In this document: piece after piece, positions 1 through 7,943 of the stretch | Numbering within the stretch: position 1 is the first letter of the stretch | Layout: the number at the start of each line of letters is the position of its first letter | Source of the DNA: Candidatus Stercoripulliclostridium sp. | GTDB taxonomy: Bacteria; Bacillota; Clostridia; Christensenellales; DTU072 | DNA length: 64,000 nt | NCBI GenBank assembly: GCA_045535235.1 | Contig: JAZSLG010000071.1 | Span: 3,445 to 67,444, forward strand | Direction: 5' to 3' | The notes under the pieces: generated by a model | Seen by the model: only the letters and a program-made list of their open reading frames with translations | The model's database searches: none | Told to the model about the DNA's origin: nothing | Program-made: the position numbers and the translations under genes

Positions 1-29
1 AAAATAAAAAAAGTAAAACGAGGTTTCAA

Positions 30-449
30 ATGATAAGATTCGAAAAAGGATTACAGTCAACACATGAATTAAAAAAAATTACTTATAGGATGCTTCGAAA
101 ACTGCATACTCTTGAATATAAGAGTTCATTAAAGGATTGTCAAAAAATAGGAAGTAAGTACGCAGTAATACTATATTTAGAACATATGTTAACGGTGATG
201 AAGCGTTCTTATGAGGGTTTAGAAATAATTAATCCGCTAATTGCAAAAATAGATAATCTTATCAGATCTATTCAAAATCAAAAACATGTGAATCGGGTGT
301 TACTGGTTTCATGCTTGAAAAAACATACATATGTATTTAATATGTTGGAGAGTAATCATGTCTATAATATTAAAAATGCTGAATTATCGGAACTATGGTC
401 AATGAAATGTCTGTCGACCTATGTGTTTCAATTCGGAAACAATTTGTAA
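30..449 (+). CDS. hypothetical protein (139 aa, looks all-helical), immediately upstream of SIR2 gene
   Basis: ORF track. It stops 28 nt before the SIR2 start. I recognise no motif, and only a weak RBS precedes the ATG. Confidence 0.45.
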   Translation: MIRFEKGLQSTHELKKITYRMLRKLHTLEYKSSLKDCQKIGSKYAVILYLEHMLTVMKRSYEGLEIINPLIAKIDNLIRSIQNQKHVNRVLLVSCLKKHTYVFNMLESNHVYNIKNAELSELWSMKCLSTYVFQFGNNL

Positions 450-476
450 TGGTCAAATTGTAAAGGAGGATTGTGA

Positions 477-1394
477 ATGGCGATTTCTATAGAGGAAGCA
501 AAAAAGGAATTGGGCGCACTGCTTAAAAAAAACAAATTGTGTATTTTTGCGGGGTCAGGTATTTCAGTACCAGCTCCATCTAATCTACCAACTTGGGATG
601 AATTTGTTGATAAATATATAGATATTTGCAAAGAAATCAATGAAATGGTTGATTCGACACTGAAATTTAAAGAGTTATTGGACGATGCGCAAAGCTACAA
701 AACAAAAAGTGCCATCAACACATTAACTGTTTTAAAAGATAAAATACGATTCTGCAAAAAACATGGGATGAGTACGACCATATACGATGAAATGTTAAAT
801 GAATTATTTGCAGCAAAAGATTTTAATGATTATCATAGCACAATCGTAGATACCAACTATAAATATATATTAACCACTAATTATGATACGTTGTTGGATA
901 AGGCAGCAAAAATGCATAAGCACTATGACTTAGTACAAAGAATATATTCTTACAAAAACCTGCAAGGAATTTCTGAAGCCATATATACTGAAGAACCTGC
1001 AATTATTCACATTCATGGTATTGCAACGGAGGTAGTTTTAGAAGACTTTATTCTAACGGCAGATGACTATAAGCGAATTCGTGATAAAAATAAGGGAATA
1101 AGGACTTTATTAAATATTCTTTTTATGAACTACTCTATGCTTATGGTGGGTTATGGCGCAAGTGATCCACATTTAGAAGATGTTATAGAAGACATAAATT
1201 TGAGTTTTGGATGGATGGATTCGGACAATATTCTTGATTTACCAACATATTATTTGATTATAAAAAAAGACAAAGTCAGTCCAATTTTTGATCAGTTAAA
1301 AAATAGGAATAGAACAAAAGTTATTGCGGTAGAAACACACGATGAGGCACTAGAGTTGTTAAAATACCTACAAACTATTTCCCCTAAAACATAA
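477..1394 (+). CDS. SIR2-family (SIR2_2/ThsA-DSR-like) NAD+-utilising protein, stand-alone 305 aa
   Basis: Motifs: N-terminal CIFAGSGIS..P..LPTW (Rossmann NAD-binding loop), TTNYD (aa 133-137), IHIHG (His180) and VGYGASDPH (aa 224-232), the pattern of defence-type SIR2_2 domains. Strong RBS aaaggagg upstream. Confidence 0.8.
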   Translation: MAISIEEAKKELGALLKKNKLCIFAGSGISVPAPSNLPTWDEFVDKYIDICKEINEMVDSTLKFKELLDDAQSYKTKSAINTLTVLKDKIRFCKKHGMSTTIYDEMLNELFAAKDFNDYHSTIVDTNYKYILTTNYDTLLDKAAKMHKHYDLVQRIYSYKNLQGISEAIYTEEPAIIHIHGIATEVVLEDFILTADDYKRIRDKNKGIRTLLNILFMNYSMLMVGYGASDPHLEDVIEDINLSFGWMDSDNILDLPTYYLIIKKDKVSPIFDQLKNRNRTKVIAVETHDEALELLKYLQTISPKT

Positions 1395-1540
1395 ATTTTA
1401 CATGACCATTGACAATAGAGAAATGTGTTCTTGCACCAAAATGCATTCTGGATCATATTGCAATATTTAGGTGCTCGTGATTTTGTAAAATGTGGTGAAA
1501 TCAAAGTGTAGCCTTTTCGTACTACTTAGACACAAAAGGG

Positions 1541-1566
1541 AAGCAAGTCTTATGACTTGCTTTTTC
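1541..1566 (+). terminator. rho-independent terminator downstream of SIR2 gene
   Basis: 9-bp stem aagcaagtc / gacttgctt, loop ttat, then a T-run. Confidence 0.55.
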
Positions 1567-1716
1567 TTCTGTCCCTCCTCCCTGTTGTCCTGCGAGCTTG
1601 TTTTCTTTAGAAAAATTGGTGCGCTAATTTGTGTTACGTGTGTAACAAAAATCTGGTGGATGTGCAAACAATGTTTGCAAGCATTCAATGTTTAAATGGT
1701 TTGGGAGAGAAAATAT

Positions 1717-1923
1717 TTATAACAATATTCCCAAAATATAATTTGCATCTAAATCCAATTCAATGCAAAGTTTAGCAAATGTGTCTAGTTTAGGTAGTTT
1801 TTTTGTTGTTTTATATTGCGTTATCATTTCTGGAGAAACCCCAACGCGCTTTGCTATTTCTATGGTTGTTAAACCACAATTTTTTATTTCATCACTTAAC
1901 CTTGCTTTAATTGTATTTTCCAT
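1717..1923 (-). CDS. XRE-family helix-turn-helix transcriptional regulator (68 aa)
   Basis: GLTTIEIAKRVGVSPEMITQYKTTKKLPKLDTFAKLC is a classic HTH_3 pattern. RBS gagg upstream on the minus strand. Confidence 0.8.
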   Translation of the reverse strand: MENTIKARLSDEIKNCGLTTIEIAKRVGVSPEMITQYKTTKKLPKLDTFAKLCIELDLDANYILGILL

Positions 1924-1968
1924 ATGTTATACCTCATTATTAGTATAACTATTAGTTAATAAAACATC

Positions 1969-1998
1969 TTGACAACTAACCAACAGTTAGTTTATAAT
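1969..1998 (+). promoter_or_regulatory. sigma70-like promoter with an embedded inverted repeat (likely XRE operator)
   Basis: TTGACA (1969-1974), 18-nt spacer, TATAAT (1993-1998). The spacer carries the inverted repeat actaac-caaca-gttagt (1975-1991). It lies between the divergent XRE gene and the small Zn-ribbon gene. Confidence 0.5.
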
Positions 1999-2028
1999 AA
2001 ATTTATCATAATAAAAAAGGAGAAAAAT

Positions 2029-2238
2029 ATGGCATACGCACCTAATAAATGCCCAATGTGTGGAGAAAGCGATAAATGGATAAAAGTTGATACGGATAAG
2101 AAAGGTTTTTCAGTAGGCAAGGCAGTCGTTGGAGGAGTTATTTTTGGTCCAATTGGATTGCTTGGTGGTGGATTAGGGAAAAAAACCGTAACATATGCTT
2201 GTGGTAAGTGCGGTTTTCAACACGAGTACAAAGGTTGA
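2029..2238 (+). CDS. small Zn-ribbon protein with a central glycine-zipper segment (69 aa)
   Basis: CPMCG ... CGKCG cysteine pairs flank AVVGGVIFGPIGLLGGGLG. RBS aaaaggag precedes the ATG at 2029. The 1969 start in the ORF track overlaps the promoter and is unlikely. Confidence 0.6.
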   Translation: MAYAPNKCPMCGESDKWIKVDTDKKGFSVGKAVVGGVIFGPIGLLGGGLGKKTVTYACGKCGFQHEYKG

Positions 2239-2391
2239 TAAACGAAATGAAGTTAGTTTTTTAAAAAATCGACTAAAATATAATATTATCGAATTTTACA
2301 AAAGGGTGAGTTTTTTCATCCTTTTTTATACACCTTAAAACTTTTAAAAATCCATATTGAAGTAATGGCATTTTTGTGTTAGAATGGTTTT

Positions 2392-3546
2392 ATGAATATA
2401 CTAAAGACAAAAGTATTTAGAATTATAGCTATTGTCGTTGCTTGCGTACTGGTCGTTGCAGGCTCGGTTTCTATTGGACTTTGGGAGTATGCCAAGGACG
2501 TTTATTACATAAATAAAGATGGTAACGTAGCATATCAACAAGAACATATGCGGTATCTTAGAGAGGATTTTTACTCCAATTATACGCCAAAAGGGGAGCA
2601 AATTTTTTGTGATTTCGATTTAGAGGAAGCTCTGAATAATGGCGTTAAGTATAACGAAATGGCCTTTTTAGCCACGCATAATAGTTATCAACGTCTTTCT
2701 ACGGAAACAACTAGAAAATTCCAAATACCTTTTAAGGTGATGGCATTGGGACTCAAAGAGTTTAACAAAGTGGATTTTGATTCCGATACTTTGACAAACC
2801 AATTTGAGCAAGGTATTCGTAGTATAGAGTTAGATATAGAGGCAATGGAAAAAGAAAGTGGCATTTCCTTTACCGTTATGCACAAGCCGGTTTTTGATAG
2901 TGCAACCACTTGCTTCGATTTTGGTATGGCGTTAGAAGAAATAGTTATGTGGTCAAATCACAACCCCAACCATTTACCCATATCCATTATTATAGAGGCT
3001 AAACAAGACGTTGGACCGGTTGACGGGCTAAAGATATTCTCCATTAAACACGCAGAGCAGTTTGACAACCTTCTTAGAGAAAAGTTGGGTAACAAGTTAC
3101 TAACTCCTGCAGATTTTTTAGGTGAACACGCTACCTTTGAAGATATGAGAAATGCCGATGATTGGATGAAAGTTAAGGATATGCTTGGAAAGGTCGTAGT
3201 TATTTTACACGAAAACAAAATGACCAAAGATTACGTTAAAAGGGATGAAACCTTGCGTACCCAAGCAATGATACCATCTGTTTTATACAAGCAAAGGAAC
3301 AGACATTATGCCGGAATTATCATAGAAAACAACCCCAAAAAGGCACTTGAAAGGCAGGACGTATTTGAAAGTGGTAACTTTATGGTAAGAACGAGGGCCG
3401 ATAGTTATCCCAAGTTTAGCGATACCAGATACGAGCGCACTGAGAGGTGTACTTCGCAAATAATCACGAGCGATTACGTACCTCGTTCCGTTAGATTAAA
3501 TCAACACGTTTACTCATTCAACGGATATACCGTAAAGCTATTGTAA
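2392..3546 (+). CDS. membrane-anchored PLC-like phosphodiesterase (PI-PLC X-domain-like)
   Basis: N-terminal TM segment (IIAIVVACVLVVAGSVSIGLW). FLATHNSYQ and IRSIELDIE motifs are typical of bacterial Ca-dependent PI-PLC-like domains. Confidence 0.7.
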   Translation: MNILKTKVFRIIAIVVACVLVVAGSVSIGLWEYAKDVYYINKDGNVAYQQEHMRYLREDFYSNYTPKGEQIFCDFDLEEALNNGVKYNEMAFLATHNSYQRLSTETTRKFQIPFKVMALGLKEFNKVDFDSDTLTNQFEQGIRSIELDIEAMEKESGISFTVMHKPVFDSATTCFDFGMALEEIVMWSNHNPNHLPISIIIEAKQDVGPVDGLKIFSIKHAEQFDNLLREKLGNKLLTPADFLGEHATFEDMRNADDWMKVKDMLGKVVVILHENKMTKDYVKRDETLRTQAMIPSVLYKQRNRHYAGIIIENNPKKALERQDVFESGNFMVRTRADSYPKFSDTRYERTERCTSQIITSDYVPRSVRLNQHVYSFNGYTVKLL

Positions 3547-3551
3547 TTGGA

Positions 3552-3576
3552 AGAACACCGATAGGTGTTCTTTTTT
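3552..3576 (+). terminator. rho-independent terminator
   Basis: Stem agaacacc / ggtgttct, loop gata, then a T6 run. Confidence 0.75.
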
Positions 3577-3688
3577 AGGTACAAATGATTATCTAATTAC
3601 GTGCTAATCGGTGTTTTTTAATTGTGGGAGCTATTGAAAAAAACTAAATTGTGTTATACAATAATAGTATTCTAGAAAGGGCGTCAAC

Positions 3689-4033
3689 TTGGTGATTTAT
3701 ATGGCGATAATGGTTAATATCTATTATACCGGTAAAGATGGAAATGCCGTAAAGTTTGCAAAAGAGATGACTGAAAGCGGAATTGTTAGTCAAATTCGTG
3801 CCGAAGAAGGCAATTTGAAATATGAATATTGCTTTTTGATGGAGGATCGCGAAACAGTGCTTCTAATTGATAGTTGGGTGAATCAACAAGCTCTTGATTT
3901 ACACCATGCGTCGCCCATGATGCAAAATATAATAGACTTGCGTGAAAAATATAATCTCTCTATGAGGGTGGAAAGATATATATTGGATGAGGCAGGTATT
4001 CCCGAAAAAGACAAGGCGTTCATTCGAGGTTAA
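3689..4033 (+). CDS. ABM-domain (antibiotic biosynthesis monooxygenase-like) protein
   Basis: About 105-114 aa with a ferredoxin-like ABM pattern (LLIDSWVNQQALDLHHASPMMQ). The start is uncertain: TTG 3689, ATG 3701 or ATG 3710. Confidence 0.65.
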   Translation: MVIYMAIMVNIYYTGKDGNAVKFAKEMTESGIVSQIRAEEGNLKYEYCFLMEDRETVLLIDSWVNQQALDLHHASPMMQNIIDLREKYNLSMRVERYILDEAGIPEKDKAFIRG

Positions 4034-4140
4034 GGTTTTATTGGAATCATATTATTAAAGGGGATAATCCAAAGTGTAAAAAGGGCATTGGTCTTTTGAT
4101 ATATTGTAGGTATTACGGGTTTTACAAAGGAGAAGGCGGG

Positions 4141-5058
4141 ATGAGGTTAGTAGATATAGGAAGTACTTTCGTTTTAGAAAAAGTTGGTACCCAAGAAAGA
4201 GAATATTACGTTTTAATTGAGCCTATCGTAGAGTATAAGCCCATTTTTTCAGGCGGAAGTTTTAGGGATAGGATTGCTCATAGGCGTGTCGTTCATATAA
4301 ACGTGGTAGACGTTGATAGCAAATTTGAAAGGGTCTCCAAGGATTCTGATTTTGGCAAGCACGTTTATGGAGCAAGCCTTGGGTCTTTGATTTATTGGAA
4401 AGATGAAACGGGCAAAAACGTGCCTTATCGTATTGTTGAAATAGATAATGAAAAAATAGTTTCTAGCGTAAAGCCTATTAAAAAGGTTGAATCTAAAAAA
4501 GAAATACAGACGCCAGAACCTAAAAAAGTAATTAATAAATCAAGCGAAGAGAAAAGAATTAAGGTTTCGGAAAAAGAAAAACGAGAGTATGCAACTGCTT
4601 TAGAAATAGTTAGAGAACAAGTTAAAAACAATCAAGGATTAATCGTTTTGTGGAGACCACAGTGGACGCATGATTTTTGTTTTGTCGTGGAATCTTTCGA
4701 ATGGGATAAAAATGAACTCTTTTTTGTTGGGACCTGTTTCGTTGAAGGAAAGGTTCATCAAAGGAATAGGCGATTTCTGGCAAGGCATGAATTCAAACTA
4801 TACGACGGTGTATATCTATCAAAAATACAATTCACTTATAAATATTTGCCTATAACGATAGAAAGAAAAGATTTTATCGAGTTGGATGAAAAATATATAA
4901 AAATAAAGGATGAACTCAATAACCTCATCATAGAGGAGATTGGAGAGGATACTTTTGAGGGGTATAAATATTTGTATTGGGGGATGAAAAAGAAAATATT
5001 AAAGGAAAAGTACGGTATTGATTGGAAAACCCCGAAAGAATTAAACCCTAATTTATAA
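4141..5058 (+). CDS. hypothetical protein; N-terminus resembles a GreA/B C-terminal (FKBP-like) fold, then a Lys/Glu linker and an unknown C-terminal domain
   Basis: RBS aaaggagaagg precedes the ATG at 4141. VGSTFVLE...YYVLIEP...FGKHVYGASLGSLIYW...YRIVEI follows the Gre C-terminal pattern by eye only. Confidence 0.55.
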   Translation: MRLVDIGSTFVLEKVGTQEREYYVLIEPIVEYKPIFSGGSFRDRIAHRRVVHINVVDVDSKFERVSKDSDFGKHVYGASLGSLIYWKDETGKNVPYRIVEIDNEKIVSSVKPIKKVESKKEIQTPEPKKVINKSSEEKRIKVSEKEKREYATALEIVREQVKNNQGLIVLWRPQWTHDFCFVVESFEWDKNELFFVGTCFVEGKVHQRNRRFLARHEFKLYDGVYLSKIQFTYKYLPITIERKDFIELDEKYIKIKDELNNLIIEEIGEDTFEGYKYLYWGMKKKILKEKYGIDWKTPKELNPNL

Positions 5059-5076
5059 ATAAAGGAAAGGAATAAC

Positions 5077-5496
5077 GTGAAAGAAAACAAAATTTTGGAA
5101 AACGGAAAGGGCAAATATTTGGATATCGTTGAGTACGATAAGGATATGGGCGAGTATAACATATCTGAAGAGGGATTAGCAAAACTCCGTGGCAAGTCCC
5201 TCATGGAACAAGTAGATTGCTACAAGGCGATTGCGACCACCAGTTTGTGTAGCTATTCCTATGGAAGAGAGGACGGCAGTAGTTACCGAGGCATAGAGAA
5301 TTCTTTTTGGACTGATAGCGATATTGAAGGAATTATTGTTGATAACGGCATAATTGTTGGCGTAAAAGCAAAAAAATTCTTGTACGGCTTATGCAATCTA
5401 TTCCCCGGTGAAACAATAAATACCTATTCCGCTTGTGACGAGGACGGCACCGGTGGAAGGGATAGGGATGATTATCTAAGAATAGAAATAAAATAA
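5077..5496 (+). CDS. hypothetical protein (139 aa)
   Basis: ORF with a GTG start 18 nt after the previous stop and RBS aaaggaaagg. No recognised motif. Confidence 0.5.
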   Translation: MKENKILENGKGKYLDIVEYDKDMGEYNISEEGLAKLRGKSLMEQVDCYKAIATTSLCSYSYGREDGSSYRGIENSFWTDSDIEGIIVDNGIIVGVKAKKFLYGLCNLFPGETINTYSACDEDGTGGRDRDDYLRIEIK

Positions 5497-5500
5497 AAAA

Positions 5501-5523
5501 AGGAGGCAAAACCTCCTTTTTTA
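5501..5523. terminator. bidirectional rho-independent terminator between convergent genes
   Basis: aggagg-caaaa-cctcct hairpin flanked by an A-run (5495-5500) and a T-run (5518-5523). Confidence 0.7.
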
Positions 5524-5530
5524 TTTAACT

Positions 5531-6325
5531 TTAGTCGATGGGGTAATGATGTAAAATATGATTTATAAGTTTTAACGAGGAACGCTCAATTTCACTTGCA
5601 TCAAAGGTGAAAATATCAAGTCCAGCAAGGAAAGGAAAATGATTAAGTATATTATCATAATCTTGACTTTCCATAATACCATTGTTTTTTATATATACAG
5701 GCACAATTATTTTATTCTGTGAAAAAGCTGTTTCGTATTCTGCGCGAATAAACTTACTGTTAATTGAATTTTCGGATATTAGTAGGAGGAAAAATGGATG
5801 ATTATCAATAGCATTTATTAGAGAAGAAACCCAATCAACGCCTACCAACAAATTGTCGAAAGACCAAAATTTTATGCCGTATTTTGAGAGATAGTCCATT
5901 ATTGATGAAGCTACTTGAGCGTCACGCCGTGAGTAACTAATAAAGAAGCCTTGCGCTAACAGTATCTTGCGAAAAACTTTATCTATTTGGCGTTTGGTAT
6001 CAAAAGATAGTTCATTATTGCTATCAAGACAGTTTTCCAAATCGATTTCCAATACGTTGTCTTTTCCCGTTTTTGCCACGTAATCAAGTTCGCTTTTTAC
6101 CCATTTTGATGCCTCGGCATTTTTAGATCTACAATAAATAAACCATATCCTTGCATCAATTTCGTCTTGTATGAGCTTAATTATGGTGTTTTCATCATCC
6201 AAAGATTTCAAAAAGAAAAGTATAGGCTCGCAACCAATCGATTCGAGATAATTTCGTATAAGTCTTACTTCATATAAGTCTTTATGTGAGTGTGAAACGA
6301 ATATATAAATTTGATTATCCAACAT
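5531..6325 (-). CDS. tandem TIR-TIR domain protein (264 aa)
   Basis: Domain 1: IYIFVSHSHKD ... SKWVKSELDY. Domain 2: FFISYSRRD ... ISENSINSKFIRAEYETA. Both show the TIR beta-A motif and a conserved Glu region. RBS ggagga precedes the ATG at 6325; the 6403 start has no RBS. Confidence 0.8.
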   Translation of the reverse strand: MLDNQIYIFVSHSHKDLYEVRLIRNYLESIGCEPILFFLKSLDDENTIIKLIQDEIDARIWFIYCRSKNAEASKWVKSELDYVAKTGKDNVLEIDLENCLDSNNELSFDTKRQIDKVFRKILLAQGFFISYSRRDAQVASSIMDYLSKYGIKFWSFDNLLVGVDWVSSLINAIDNHPFFLLLISENSINSKFIRAEYETAFSQNKIIVPVYIKNNGIMESQDYDNILNHFPFLAGLDIFTFDASEIERSSLKLINHILHHYPID

Positions 6326-6474
6326 GCTTCCTCCGTTGTGTACATTAATTATATACTTTTTCTCCCGCTTTTGTAAAGATGAAACGTATTTTACACCAGC
6401 CATAACCTAGAAAATTGCTCATTGATTTGTCTTATAGTATATGTTATAATAAATTTATACGAAGGAGAGAATAT

Positions 6475-6792
6475 ATGGAAAGAAAATACATTATTGATTG
6501 GAAAAAGACCAGTAGAAATTTATATCTTTTGAGAAAAGACAATATTGAATTACGCAAAAAAGTTTGTAAAGAATTGGATTTGCACAGGGAAGAATGTAGT
6601 GAAAACTGCAAAGAATGCAAATATGAAATGGATAGTAGCATTAGTAGATACGAGTTATCGCAAGTTTTTAACGTTTCGGAAAGCGTAATTTTTAATTGGG
6701 AAAACAATAAAACCACGGTTCCTTATGAAGATTTGTTGTTCTATTGCCAATTGGCAGAGGTAAGTGTGGAGGACATCGTAGTTTTTGAGTGA
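6475..6792 (+). CDS. XRE-like HTH protein with a Cys-containing insert (105 aa)
   Basis: ELSQVFNVSESVIFNWENNKTTVPYEDLLFYCQLAEVSVEDIV is an HTH_3-like C-terminus. RBS gaaggaga precedes the ATG at 6475. Divergent from the TIR gene. Confidence 0.6.
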   Translation: MERKYIIDWKKTSRNLYLLRKDNIELRKKVCKELDLHREECSENCKECKYEMDSSISRYELSQVFNVSESVIFNWENNKTTVPYEDLLFYCQLAEVSVEDIVVFE

Positions 6793-6865
6793 TAAAACTT
6801 AATGATAGTTTTATTAGTATCAAATGCCAACATTAACTAATTAATAATTGATAAGAACTCATTTT

Positions 6866-6890
6866 AAGCCACGCTTGTCGTGGCTTTTTT
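6866..6890 (+). terminator. rho-independent terminator
   Basis: Stem aagccacg / cgtggctt, loop cttgt, then a T-run. Confidence 0.75.
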
Positions 6891-7045
6891 ATAACGAAAA
6901 AAGGTCGCAAATTAATACCATGTCGCTTAGCTTTTTACATTTTTGAAAAGGGCGAAAAATTTATATTTTTTACGAAAAAAAGATATTAATTAAAAATAGT
7001 TTTTAATATTAATATAAAAGTAGTATTTGTCGAAAAAAAGGGATA

Positions 7046-7074
7046 TTGACGGTCTTTTATTATAATGTTATAAT
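7046..7074 (+). promoter_or_regulatory. sigma70-like promoter of the vWA-kinase-phosphatase operon
   Basis: TTGACG (7046-7051), 17-nt spacer, TATAAT (7069-7074), about 65 nt upstream of the first vWA start. Confidence 0.5.
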
Positions 7075-7139
7075 AATATCACAAGGACGAAAAGTCCAAA
7101 CAAAAAAGAAAAATTTTTTTAAGCCCAAAGGAGGTAAAT

Positions 7140-7859
7140 ATGGGATTAAATAGTGTAGGCGTATCAAGAAATATCGACATAGTATTTTGTATTGATGGAA
7201 CTGGTAGCATGTCTCCTTGCCTTGATAAGGTAAAAGCTAATGCAAGAAAGTTCTACATGGATTTCGTTGATGAAATGGTAAAAGACGGTACCAACGTTGA
7301 TTGCTTAAACATGAAAGTTATTACTTTCCGTGATTACAAGGACGATGGCCCCAATGCAATGATAGAAAGTGAATGGTATGATATGACCGCAGGCGATGAA
7401 GACAAATATGAAAAGCACCTTAGCGGTATTATTGCAGACGGTGGCGGTGACGAACCCGAAAACGGATTGGAAGCTTTGTTCCAAGCAATGTGTACAAAAT
7501 GGAATGCAAAGGGCGATAAGGATAGACAAATAATCGTATTGTTTACCGATGCGGATGCTCTTCCCTTAAAGGACCGTGAAGGCGTTTCCGGATATCCTGC
7601 AAATATGGTTGACCAAGATGGCTTGATTAAAGCTTGGTTCTGTACTCGCCCCGATTTTCTTTCACAAGGAGAATTTTCTCTAAGAGAAAGATGCAAGAGA
7701 TTGGTTATGTTTGCTCCCGCAGGTAGCGCTTATGAAAATCTTTCCACTCTTTTGAATCGTAGCATTTTCAAACCTGTTGAGATGAATTCCGGTCTAGGTG
7801 AAATAGATTTTAGTGACGTAATTAAAATCGTTAAAGCATCTGCTAGCGCTGCGTCATAA
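7140..7859 (+). CDS. vWA-domain protein, TerY-like (paralog A)
   Basis: MIDAS-type DIVFCIDGTGSM, GGGDEPENGLEA and LFTDADA motifs. Strong RBS aaaggagg. Confidence 0.85.
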   Translation: MGLNSVGVSRNIDIVFCIDGTGSMSPCLDKVKANARKFYMDFVDEMVKDGTNVDCLNMKVITFRDYKDDGPNAMIESEWYDMTAGDEDKYEKHLSGIIADGGGDEPENGLEALFQAMCTKWNAKGDKDRQIIVLFTDADALPLKDREGVSGYPANMVDQDGLIKAWFCTRPDFLSQGEFSLRERCKRLVMFAPAGSAYENLSTLLNRSIFKPVEMNSGLGEIDFSDVIKIVKASASAAS

Positions 7860-7902
7860 TTAGATTTCGGTTCAAACATTTTAATATTAATACAAAAATA
7901 AG

Positions 7903-7930
7903 TAATAAGCCGATTAATATCGGCTTATTA
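7903..7930 (+). promoter_or_regulatory. perfect 12-bp intercistronic stem-loop abutting the next RBS
   Basis: taataagccgat-taat-atcggcttatta. No T-run follows, and the RBS gaaggag begins at 7932. Confidence 0.5.
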
Positions 7931-7943
7931 CGAAGGAGAAGAT

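Noticed and set aside
1467-1695. Overlapping 73-aa (minus) and 67-aa (plus) ORFs between the SIR2 and XRE genes.
   Set aside because: They are mutually overlapping and lack RBSs. The region contains the SIR2 terminator hairpin and short palindromes (for example tgcaaaca-a-tgtttgca), so it is more likely non-coding.
477-6325. Possible Thoeris system (SIR2 = ThsA, TIR-TIR = ThsB).
   Set aside because: The SIR2 protein lacks a SLOG or other signal-binding domain. The two genes are ~4 kb apart on opposite strands, separated by five unrelated genes and three terminators. I treat them as separate modules unless a search shows otherwise.
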